Source: Hadesarchaea archaeon
GTDB taxonomy: Archaea > Hadarchaeota > Hadarchaeia > Hadarchaeales > WYZ-LMO6
Reading direction: 5' to 3'
Assembly (NCBI GenBank): GCA_029259185.1
Contig: JAPDJF010000007.1
Span: 1-11,958 of the forward strand
Length of the DNA: 11,958 nt
This document shows positions 1 to 7,503 of the stretch, piece by piece (within the stretch, counting starts at the first letter, position 1; every line of letters begins with the position of its first letter). The translations under genes were made by a program, and so were the position numbers. The notes under the pieces were generated by a model. The model did not search any database and had not been told where the DNA came from. It saw only the letters and a program-made list of their open reading frames with translations.

Positions 1-556
1 TAGTTACACCAAGTCTGAGAGCGATCTTCCTTAACAGTCTGAGGGTCTCAACAAACGATTTCTTTACGGCTTCCTTCTTGGAGGTCCTCACATCGGGAGG
101 GGAAAAGCCCTCCTGAGGTCTCGTCCCCTCGTTGACCAGCCTGCCGTAGAGGAACCCGATTCCTATCGACAGCATGCTCCCCACGAAGGAAAATGCCACG
201 TATTCAATCGCGAGAGAGAAACCCAGAGCGGGTACGGCCACCGGCAGGTAATACCGGAGGAGGGTTCCTATCCTCCTCGACGCTGAGGATATGAGTACGG
301 TGGTGATGGCTTCTGACTCACTAACACACCCTTTGTCTATCAAGGAAGCGAGTGTTGAGTGTGCGGCCGTTCCATCAAGCATAAATACAGCCGGAACCAC
401 GGTGGCCTCGTTCGGAATCTTGGCGACCTTCGCCAGTGGTATCAGAGGTCTGGTGAGGTGTTTTATCAGTCCCAACTCCATTACGACATTTGCGAGAAAA
501 ATACCGATAAATATGAAAACGATGAGCCTGAGATAAAGTACCGCGAAATAGATCAT
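1..556 (-). CDS. Gate/nucleoside-recognition-domain-type polytopic membrane protein, 3' end off the left edge; paralog of 9411..10337
   Basis: Absent from the ORF track because no stop falls in the window. Manual translation from ATG 556 is open to base 1: MIYFAVLYLRLIVFIFIGIFLANVVMELGLIKHLTRPLIPLAKVAKIPNEATVVPAVFMLDGTAAHSTLASLIDKG...RYYLPVAVPALG...IGFLYGR. It aligns by eye with 9411..10337 (GVLLANFIIEVGL, MDGRAGHSIVSSL, KFYMPVVLAALG, IGILYGR). It starts 17 nt after the ATPase stop, and an in-frame TGA at 571-569 bounds the start. The family label is from recall, not a search. Confidence 0.8.
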   Translation of the reverse strand, partial: MIYFAVLYLRLIVFIFIGIFLANVVMELGLIKHLTRPLIPLAKVAKIPNEATVVPAVFMLDGTAAHSTLASLIDKGCVSESEAITTVLISSASRRIGTLLRYYLPVAVPALGFSLAIEYVAFSFVGSMLSIGIGFLYGRLVNEGTRPQEGFSPPDVRTSKKEAVKKSFVETLRLLRKIALRLGVT

Positions 557-573
557 TCGATCCCCGGTTCATC

Positions 574-1347
574 TTAGCTCTCTAGGGGCTCTACGGGGGT
601 CACCAGCGGATAACGGAAAGTATGGTGGATCACGGCTCTCACACCATAAACGAGCTTCATGTTTTTGGGCGTGATCACCTCCTTCGGTTTTCCCATCCCG
701 ATCACCCTTCCCTCTTTGAGCATGACTATTTTGTCAGAGAACCGTGATGCCAGGTTCACATCGTGCATGGCCACGATCGCAGTGACTCCGTGCCTCGTCA
801 AGGTTCTCACGATCTGCATGATCTCCAGCTGGTGTCGCAGGTCTAGGTTGGAGGTGGGTTCATCAAGAAGCATTATCTCGGGGTCTTGAGCTATCGCAGT
901 AGCGATGCGGACTTTCTGAGCTTCTCCCCCGCTGAGCTCGGTGAAGTACCTTGTAGCTAAGTGTTCGATTTTCAAAAGTTTCAGTGCATCGGTCACTTTC
1001 TTAAGATCCTCTCGATCGGGGGTCCAGCTCATGTACGGTTTCCTCCCGAGGAGCGTGATTTCGAACACCGTGAGGGGGAGAGGTCTTCCACCCTGCTGCT
1101 GGAAATAGCTCATCATCCTAGCTATTTCCCTCCTCCCGATTCTGGTGTTCTCCCTTCCATCTATCATCACGACACCCCTATGAGGCCGGAGAATCCCGTT
1201 TATGCACTTCAGTAGTGTACTTTTTCCTGAACCGTTGGGGCCTAGGAGGGTTAGTATTTCTGAGTCTCCCACCGAGAGGGTGACATCTCTCAAGGCGGGA
1301 ATGCTTCGGTAGTCGAAGCTCACCCCCTTTATCTCTAGGGTCACCAA
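574..1347 (-). CDS. ABC transporter ATP-binding subunit, iron-chelate/cobalamin (FepC/BtuD/HmuV) type
   Basis: Walker A GPNGSGKS, signature LSGGE, Walker B MLLDEPTSNLD, H-loop MHD. The start (TTG 1347 or GTG 1344) overlaps the permease TGA and is preceded by GGAGG. Confidence 0.95.
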   Translation of the reverse strand: MVTLEIKGVSFDYRSIPALRDVTLSVGDSEILTLLGPNGSGKSTLLKCINGILRPHRGVVMIDGRENTRIGRREIARMMSYFQQQGGRPLPLTVFEITLLGRKPYMSWTPDREDLKKVTDALKLLKIEHLATRYFTELSGGEAQKVRIATAIAQDPEIMLLDEPTSNLDLRHQLEIMQIVRTLTRHGVTAIVAMHDVNLASRFSDKIVMLKEGRVIGMGKPKEVITPKNMKLVYGVRAVIHHTFRYPLVTPVEPLES

Positions 1348-2438
1348 TATTCTCTCCTCCTTTTCACGAGCAAGTAGATGAAAAGCGGGATTCCGGTGAA
1401 GGATGTGATTGCCCCAATCGGAAGAACCACAGGGCTCATGATCGTTCTGGAGATGATCTCGGCAGCCACCAACAGAACAGCACCTGCCATGATTGAAGAA
1501 GGTATCAGGAACCTGTGGTCACCTCCTACGACCATGCGGGCGATATGCGGAGCGACGAGCCCCACGAAGCCAATAGTTCCAGTAAAACATATTATGGAAG
1601 CGGTGATGAAAGATGCGAGGATTAAGAGGAGTGACCTCACCCTTTCGACCTTCACTCCTAGGCTCTCCGCCGTCTCGTCCCCGATACTCATAGCGTTCAA
1701 ATCCCAAGAGTACTTCCAGAGAACCGGGAAGACACAGAACACGCTAGCCGTCATTATACCTATTTGGGTCCAGCCTACCTTGTCTAGGCTTCCCATGAGC
1801 CAGTATACCACTTGAGCAACAGCGTTCTCGGTGCTGAAATACTCGAGGAGGGAGAGCATGGAGGAAAAGAGATAAGCTACGGCTATTCCCGCCAAGATGA
1901 GAGTCTCCGGTGTCACCCTCGTGAGTCTTGCTAAGGTGTAAATCAGCAAAACCCCCACTAGCGTCCAAGCGAATGCACTGACTATTACCAACGTGCTCCC
2001 GGTTATTCCCTTGTAACCGATGAGTCCAGAGTAGCCCACTATCCCAGCACCTCCGGTTATCGCCAGTGCAGCCCCAAATCCTGCAGCGGAGGCTATTCCG
2101 AGGGTGTATGGGCTGGCTAGAGGATTACGCAGGATCGCTTGGAAGATAACACCCGCGAGCGCGAGTCCCACGCCTCCAACGACGGCAGCGGCCATGCGCG
2201 GCAGTCTGATGTTCCACACGATAACCCTCGCTACCTCAGATACATCCACATTCGGAATGAAACGGGAGAAAAGTGCGAGGTATGCGTCAGAGATCCCCAG
2301 GCTGGATGGCCCTATTGAGATGCCTATTCCAACCAAGAGGAGCAAGATCACAAAGAGTGAGACGATGAAAAGGATCTTCTTGGCCGTAAGAGTCTGGTAG
2401 AATTCGGGAACACCACCTACTCTCCGTTTTGAAACCAC
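1341..2438 (-). CDS. ABC transporter permease, FecCD/BtuC family
   Basis: Motifs IRLPR, LRNPLASPYTLGIASAA, LILAGIA, GDETAESLGV, GTIGFVGLVAPHIAR and LPIGAITSFTGIP. Start moved from 2495 to GTG 2438 (GAGGG 8 nt upstream). TTG 2456, overlapping the upstream TGA, is an alternative. Confidence 0.93.
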   Translation of the reverse strand: MVSKRRVGGVPEFYQTLTAKKILFIVSLFVILLLLVGIGISIGPSSLGISDAYLALFSRFIPNVDVSEVARVIVWNIRLPRMAAAVVGGVGLALAGVIFQAILRNPLASPYTLGIASAAGFGAALAITGGAGIVGYSGLIGYKGITGSTLVIVSAFAWTLVGVLLIYTLARLTRVTPETLILAGIAVAYLFSSMLSLLEYFSTENAVAQVVYWLMGSLDKVGWTQIGIMTASVFCVFPVLWKYSWDLNAMSIGDETAESLGVKVERVRSLLLILASFITASIICFTGTIGFVGLVAPHIARMVVGGDHRFLIPSSIMAGAVLLVAAEIISRTIMSPVVLPIGAITSFTGIPLFIYLLVKRRREYW

Positions 2439-2452
2439 ACTTAGAACCCTCT

Positions 2453-3538
2453 TCAATCCTTCCAAGGTTGAGGTGTGGTCGGGTATACCCAACACCAGTT
2501 CTCAGAATATCTAACGTTCAGGAAGTTCTCGAAATAGCATCTCTGGACCTCCGTTGGATTCAAATTCTCGAAGAGTTCGGGATGGAAGAATTTGGCATAC
2601 CAGAGGGCACCTATTATCCCTTTAGGACCAGTCGCTATGTCAGGATCCACAGCATACACGGCACCGCTCTTCACGGCTTTTACGGTTTGCAGTTCATCCC
2701 GAGCTAATATCCGCTCTCGAGTCTCCCGTAAACAAAACTCGTTGTCCTTGCTCCTTGAATAGGAAGCTACTTTAACGATCACATCCGGGTTCTTCTCCAC
2801 TACCCATTCAGGGTCAACGGTGACATACGCACTAGAACTCAAAAGGGCCGCGATATTGTTTCCCCCACCTATCTCGATTCCCCTGTTCCACCATCCTTGG
2901 TTTGCCGCCGTGGTGGTTTTCCAAGTTGTCCAACTCTCGAAATAGACATCCGGTATCTCCTCAGGGCCCAGTTTCCCCACCCGGTTCTCAAGCATGTTTA
3001 GATATCCCTCCCAGAATTCCCAGAGTTTTCTCGCTTCCTCCTCCCTCCCGTAGATCCTTCCCAACACCATTATCTCGCTCCTGAATTTGTCCGGTTTGTA
3101 GCCATCGATGATAACGGGCTCTATCCCGGCGGGTTTAAGGTGTTGTTCAAGCTCTTCCACCCCTGGCCATCGCTGGTAGGCTATAACGATATCGGGTTGG
3201 AGTTCGATGATTTTTTCATAGTTGGGCGAGAAACAGCTTCCCACCACTTCTTTCTTGCTCAGCACGGGAAAGAGCCACGTATCTTGTGCCATGTATTTGC
3301 TCACACCCACGATCAGGTTCAGGTCTACCCCTATTGCCTTCATAAGTTCTGCGGCATCACCGTGGAGAACCACGGTTTTTGGTTGGTAGGGGATCTCTAT
3401 GAGTCTCCCGGCGGAATCCACAATCTCCACAGTTTCTTTGACTCCCGGTCGCGTGACGGTTGTGGTGAGAAAGGTGGCCAATCCTCCCGCGACGAGAGCT
3501 GTTAGGACTATCGCAACCACTAGCTTTCCCAGCGCCAT
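2453..3538 (-). CDS. ABC transporter substrate-binding protein, BtuF/FecB/HmuT-like (helical-backbone) family, membrane-anchored
   Basis: From ATG 3538: hydrophobic N-terminal anchor MALGKLVVAIVLTALVAGGLATF, then VDSAGRLIEIP, PNYEKIIELQPDIVI, VDPEWVVEKNPDVIV, VKAVKSGAVY and AKFFHPELF. 361 aa. The track's extension to 3727 overlaps the divergent gene and is rejected. Confidence 0.92.
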   Translation of the reverse strand: MALGKLVVAIVLTALVAGGLATFLTTTVTRPGVKETVEIVDSAGRLIEIPYQPKTVVLHGDAAELMKAIGVDLNLIVGVSKYMAQDTWLFPVLSKKEVVGSCFSPNYEKIIELQPDIVIAYQRWPGVEELEQHLKPAGIEPVIIDGYKPDKFRSEIMVLGRIYGREEEARKLWEFWEGYLNMLENRVGKLGPEEIPDVYFESWTTWKTTTAANQGWWNRGIEIGGGNNIAALLSSSAYVTVDPEWVVEKNPDVIVKVASYSRSKDNEFCLRETRERILARDELQTVKAVKSGAVYAVDPDIATGPKGIIGALWYAKFFHPELFENLNPTEVQRCYFENFLNVRYSENWCWVYPTTPQPWKD

Positions 3539-3546
3539 CTCAGAAC

Positions 3547-3563
3547 CGGAAGTATTATTAAAA
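3547..3563 (+). promoter_or_regulatory. Candidate archaeal BRE + TATA box for the chelatase operon (probably leaderless)
   Basis: CGGAAGTATTATTAAAA. The TTATTAAA element at 3555-3562 ends about 22 nt before ATG 3585, which has no SD. Confidence 0.5.
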
Positions 3564-3581
3564 CAGAAGTATTTAATACTT
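3550..3581. promoter_or_regulatory. Inverted-repeat operator AAGTATTA-N16-TAATACTT, NikR-like
   Basis: Perfect 8-bp arms at 3550-3557 and 3574-3581 with a 16-nt AT-rich spacer. The core GTATTA-N16-TAATAC differs by one base per half-site from the E. coli NikR operator GTATGA-N16-TCATAC. It lies in the only divergent spacer of the window. Confidence 0.72.
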
Positions 3582-3584
3582 TCG
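3570..3584 (-). promoter_or_regulatory. Candidate archaeal BRE + TATA box for the ABC operon
   Basis: The minus strand reads CGAAAG-TATTAAATA, ending about 31 nt before ATG 3538. This fits a purine-rich BRE plus TATA and a very short leader. Confidence 0.6.
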
Positions 3585-6020
3585 ATGAATATTTCAAACA
3601 AAAGTAATACTGCTCTTAGGCTCTCCTTCATAATAGGGTATGGTGCCTCGGCTCTCCCAAAGCTTGCGAAGGTGGTGGAAGAAGAGACGGTGGAACATGG
3701 CTTTGAGGGTCTGGTCATAAGCGACACGACATACGAACATCATAGGAACTTCGTAGCCTCTAGTGGGGGAGTGTTTATCTATTCTCACGCTCTTCCCATC
3801 GGAATCGAGGAGGATCTACGGAACTCGAGGATAGTAGTCTCGGTCAGTCGTCTCCATGCGCATCTCTCCAAAGGGCCGAAGGAGGTGCTCAGGAAGGCGG
3901 CGGTTTTGTTCGCTGTTGGAGGGGATAAAAATTTCAGAGAACTCATTCATCTCATGCTTCGAAGCCTTGGTCGTGACGTGGAGGTCGGTGAGGTGGAAGA
4001 AATTCCTTGGGATGGAATATACCACCCGAGGATGGGGATGTTCAAGACAGTTGAGGAGTATCTTGAGAAATATCCCCATAAGAATAAACCCTTGGTGGGC
4101 CTCATCTTCCACCGAACTTACATGCTGTATGGGAACATGGCCCATGTGGAATCTGTAATCGAAAAACTTGAGGAAAAGGGTCTGGGGGTCTTGCCCGTGT
4201 TTACCTACGGACACACGGATCCGATTCTGGGCACACCATCGAAAGAGGACTCGATCGAGAAATTCTTCTTCTCGAGCAAGAAGCCCTTAGTGGAGGCTGT
4301 GGTGAACCTGACGATGTTCTTCCTTTTAGATCATGGAAATTGGGTTGCAGACAGTTCGGTGGGATTCAGGGAAGTTCTGGGGGTGGAGAAGCTCAAAAAG
4401 CTCAATGTGCCGATACTTCAGCCCACATTCTCTTTTTATGAGAGAGTAGATGAATGGATCGAGGACCCGCGAGGGGTTGATTATCTCAGCCAAGTGTACA
4501 CCGTTATCATGCCAGAGGTAGATGGTTTGATAGAACCCATTTACCTAGCGGGTTCGAAAATGGATTCCCAAGGGGTTAGTCTTTACGAGAGCTATCCTCC
4601 ACACGCGGAGTATGTGGCAGGGAGGGTTAAGAAATGGATTGAACTGAGGAGGAAGCCCCCCTCGGAGCGGAAGGTAGCGATAGTCCTCATCAATCCTCCC
4701 TGTAAGGGTCTTGAGGCTAGTGTGGGTGTGGGACTCGGTTTGGATGTTCCGGAGAGTGTTACCCGGTTACTATCTAAATTACGCGAGTTCGGTTATACGG
4801 TGGGGCAAGATTTGCCGCGGAGCGGGAAAGAACTGGTCGAGCTAATCTTGAACAGAAAGGCCATAAGTGAGTTCAGGTGGACGTCGGTAGAGGAAATAGT
4901 GGGAAAGGGTGGGGCGGCAGCTTTCGTTGATCGTGATACTTACTTGAAGTGGTTTGAGGAGCTCCCGAGTGGGGTACAGAAGAAAATGATTGAGGATTGG
5001 GGACATCCGGTGGATGTCTTGTCCGGAAGAGTTAGGAGGGAGCTAGTTGGAATGGTGTACGAGGGAAAATTCGTGATCCCTGGTCTGGTTTTTGGAAACG
5101 TGTTCTTAACCCCTCAGCCTAAGTTCGGGTGCGCTGGGTCCCGGTGCGATGGAGAGGTGTGCAGGATACTCCATGACCCCACCGTGACCCCTCCCCACCA
5201 ATGGCTCGCGGTTTATCGCTGGATCACTAGGGTGTTCGGAGCGGATGTGATCATCCACTTCGGGACTCACGGGTACTTGGAGTTCAGACCGGGTAAGGGA
5301 GTGGGACTCTCTCCCTCCTGCTGGCCCGAGATAACGCTGGATGATGTGCCCCACCTCTACGTCTACGTTGTTTCCAACCCGATGGAAGGGGTCATAGCGA
5401 AAAGGAGGGGATATGCAACGTTGGTCGATCACATGTATCCCCCGATGGCCATGGCTGAGGTGCTTGAGGAGGTGGAGGACCTCTTGGCCCAGTACTCTAA
5501 GGCCAAGCAGCTCGGAGAATTCGAACGAGCCCACGTGATCTACGAAAAACTGCTGGAGAAAGCGAAGGAAAATAACATTCCAATCGGACAGGGGGATCCG
5601 AGTGAAGTGGTGGAGGGGATACACAGGTACATGGAAGGTGTGAGAAATACTCAGATAGATATGGGATTACACGTCTTTGGGTATCCTCCAACCGATGATG
5701 GAAAACTCGCCGAGTACGCCGCCACCGCTATGGCGTTCGACTCACCCACGGGTCCCTCGATCAGGAGGGTCTTGGCCGAACGCCTAGGGTTGGATTATGA
5801 TGAGTTGAGATCGAAGCCGAGCGAAGTGAGCGCGTTCGGATTGACGAATTCGGAGCTGATTCAAACCCTCCACCGAATCGCTGTGAGTGTGCTCAAACGA
5901 TCTCTAAGGTCCGGACTCACGAGTTCCGAACTTCATGAACGCACGCTAGTGGATTACATCGACGAGGAACTGAAAAGAGCGTTTGGAGTGGGTTCGAATG
6001 CTGGAGCTGGAGAAGGTTGA
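3585..6020 (+). CDS. cobN: CobN/ChlH-family chelatase large subunit, N-terminal part (811 aa)
   Basis: Family motifs VIMPEVDGLIEP, WIELRRKPPSERKVAIVL, GLDVPESV, GLVFGNVFLTPQP, HDPTVTPPHQW, IHFGTHGYLEFRPGK, NPMEGVIAKRRG and GLHVFG. Start placed at ATG 3585 rather than 3399. The symbol marks the family only; metal specificity is not established. Confidence 0.92.
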   Translation: MNISNKSNTALRLSFIIGYGASALPKLAKVVEEETVEHGFEGLVISDTTYEHHRNFVASSGGVFIYSHALPIGIEEDLRNSRIVVSVSRLHAHLSKGPKEVLRKAAVLFAVGGDKNFRELIHLMLRSLGRDVEVGEVEEIPWDGIYHPRMGMFKTVEEYLEKYPHKNKPLVGLIFHRTYMLYGNMAHVESVIEKLEEKGLGVLPVFTYGHTDPILGTPSKEDSIEKFFFSSKKPLVEAVVNLTMFFLLDHGNWVADSSVGFREVLGVEKLKKLNVPILQPTFSFYERVDEWIEDPRGVDYLSQVYTVIMPEVDGLIEPIYLAGSKMDSQGVSLYESYPPHAEYVAGRVKKWIELRRKPPSERKVAIVLINPPCKGLEASVGVGLGLDVPESVTRLLSKLREFGYTVGQDLPRSGKELVELILNRKAISEFRWTSVEEIVGKGGAAAFVDRDTYLKWFEELPSGVQKKMIEDWGHPVDVLSGRVRRELVGMVYEGKFVIPGLVFGNVFLTPQPKFGCAGSRCDGEVCRILHDPTVTPPHQWLAVYRWITRVFGADVIIHFGTHGYLEFRPGKGVGLSPSCWPEITLDDVPHLYVYVVSNPMEGVIAKRRGYATLVDHMYPPMAMAEVLEEVEDLLAQYSKAKQLGEFERAHVIYEKLLEKAKENNIPIGQGDPSEVVEGIHRYMEGVRNTQIDMGLHVFGYPPTDDGKLAEYAATAMAFDSPTGPSIRRVLAERLGLDYDELRSKPSEVSAFGLTNSELIQTLHRIAVSVLKRSLRSGLTSSELHERTLVDYIDEELKRAFGVGSNAGAGEG
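5985..5992 (+). promoter_or_regulatory. Shine-Dalgarno-like site for the second cobN-like gene
   Basis: GGAGTGGG, with GGAGTG ending 7 nt before ATG 5998. Confidence 0.55.
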
Positions 6021-7503
6021 ACGTGAGAGACTCCTGAATCCGTTCAGGAGGGCATTGAACATGATTAAAAGGATAAAGAAGTGCGAGAAGGAAGTGGGGA
6101 ATTTCCTCGTTGGGTTGGGGGGAGGATTCATAGAACCCGGGGCATCGGGATCCGTGACTAGGGGAAAGATCGAGGTCTTGCCTACCGGTCGGAACTTCTA
6201 TGCGATAGATCCCACGACGATACCGACCCCATCGGCGTGGAAGATCGGAGCCGAGACGGCCGACAAACTCGTCAAGTATTACCTCGAGAAGCATGGTAGA
6301 TATCCGGAAAGTGTGGGGCAAGTGCTCTGGAGCATAGATGGCTACAAAGCGGACGGTGAACAGCTCGCTCAGATACTCTGGTTGTTCGGGACAAGGCCAA
6401 TTTGGGATCCAACGGGGTTCGTGAGGGGGATAGAGGTTATATCGTTGGAGGAGCTCGGAAGACCCAGGATAGATAGTGTGGTCAGGATGAGCGGAATAAT
6501 GAGAGATACACTGCCGAATTATATCTATCTGATAGATGAGGCCGTGTCCAAAGTCGTGGTCCTAGATGAACCACTCGATAGGAACTACGTGCGAAAGCAC
6601 TACATGGAGCACTTGGCGAAGCTCGTCGAACTGGGGAAAAAAGCGGGAGAGGCCGAGAGGTCTGCGAGGTGCAGGGTGTATTGTAGCCCTCCGGGAACCT
6701 ATGGAACAGGCGTGAACTTAGCCGTTGAGGCATCGGCTTGGAGAAGTGATGAAGATCTGGCGAAGACTTGGATCCAGTGGGGGGGATATGCGTACACCAA
6801 GGACGTGTTTGGGAAACAGGATCTGGAGGGTTTCGCCTTGAACGTCAAGCGTGTCGATGTGGTTACGCGACAGCACGTAAGCGACGAGCACGACATCTTC
6901 AACTGCTGCTGTTATTACGGGTACCACGGAGGATTCTACAACACGGTCAAAAAACTGAGCGGGAGGAAAGACATCGAGGTAGTGGTGGTGGACACGAAAG
7001 ACGTTTCCTTCACGCACGTGAGGGAGATGAAGGAGGAGATAGAGAGGGTCGCGAGGGTGAAGCTCCTGAATCCGGTGTGGATATCGGAGATGAAGAAGCA
7101 CGGGTATAGGGGAGCCAACGAATTCTCAAAGAAGATACTCCATCTCTACGGCTGGTCCTCCACCACGAGGCTCGTGGAGAAGTGGATCTTCGACTCGGTA
7201 GCTGAGACGTATGTGCTGGACGAGGAGATGAGGCGGTGGTTGGAGGAGAACAACGTGTGGGCACTTGAGGAAATAGCTAGGAGACTCATCGAGGCTGCGG
7301 AGAGGGGATTGTGGAAACCCTCGGAGGAGGTCTTGGAAAGGCTTAAGGGCATCTACGGCGAGGTGGAGGGACTACTTGAAGAATCGGTTACTGGGGAGAT
7401 CCAAGGTGGCACGATAAATGTTTACACAGCAGAGGAGGTGGATAACTGGCAGATAAAAGCATCAGAGGTGAGGAGGATATGGGAGGAGCTGAGAGAAAGA
7501 TAA
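5998..7503 (+). CDS. cobN: CobN/ChlH-family chelatase large subunit, C-terminal part (501 aa)
   Basis: Motifs [78 protein letters not shown] and [11 protein letters not shown]. These continue the CobN sequence from where 3585..6020 ends. ATG 5998 is preferred over TTG 5983 because of the SD. Confidence 0.92.
   Translation: MLELEKVERERLLNPFRRALNMIKRIKKCEKEVGNFLVGLGGGFIEPGASGSVTRGKIEVLPTGRNFYAIDPTTIPTPSAWKIGAETADKLVKYYLEKHGRYPESVGQVLWSIDGYKADGEQLAQILWLFGTRPIWDPTGFVRGIEVISLEELGRPRIDSVVRMSGIMRDTLPNYIYLIDEAVSKVVVLDEPLDRNYVRKHYMEHLAKLVELGKKAGEAERSARCRVYCSPPGTYGTGVNLAVEASAWRSDEDLAKTWIQWGGYAYTKDVFGKQDLEGFALNVKRVDVVTRQHVSDEHDIFNCCCYYGYHGGFYNTVKKLSGRKDIEVVVVDTKDVSFTHVREMKEEIERVARVKLLNPVWISEMKKHGYRGANEFSKKILHLYGWSSTTRLVEKWIFDSVAETYVLDEEMRRWLEENNVWALEEIARRLIEAAERGLWKPSEEVLERLKGIYGEVEGLLEESVTGEIQGGTINVYTAEEVDNWQIKASEVRRIWEELRER

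Noticed and set aside
291-577. Short ORFs 291..536 (+), 359..577 (+) and 375..572 (-)
   Set aside because: Shadow frames of the membrane-protein gene starting at 556 on the - strand, which has a clear paralog in the window.
3539-3584. Cobalamin riboswitch upstream of the BtuFCD-like operon
   Set aside because: The spacer is only 46 bp and AT-rich, far too short, and shows no B12-box.
3399-3727. ORF-track N-terminal extensions making cobN (from 3399) and the binding protein (from 3727) overlap head-to-head by 329 nt
   Set aside because: The extensions are antisense to each other's coding sequence. The membrane anchor begins at ATG 3538, and the promoter/operator elements lie in 3539-3584.
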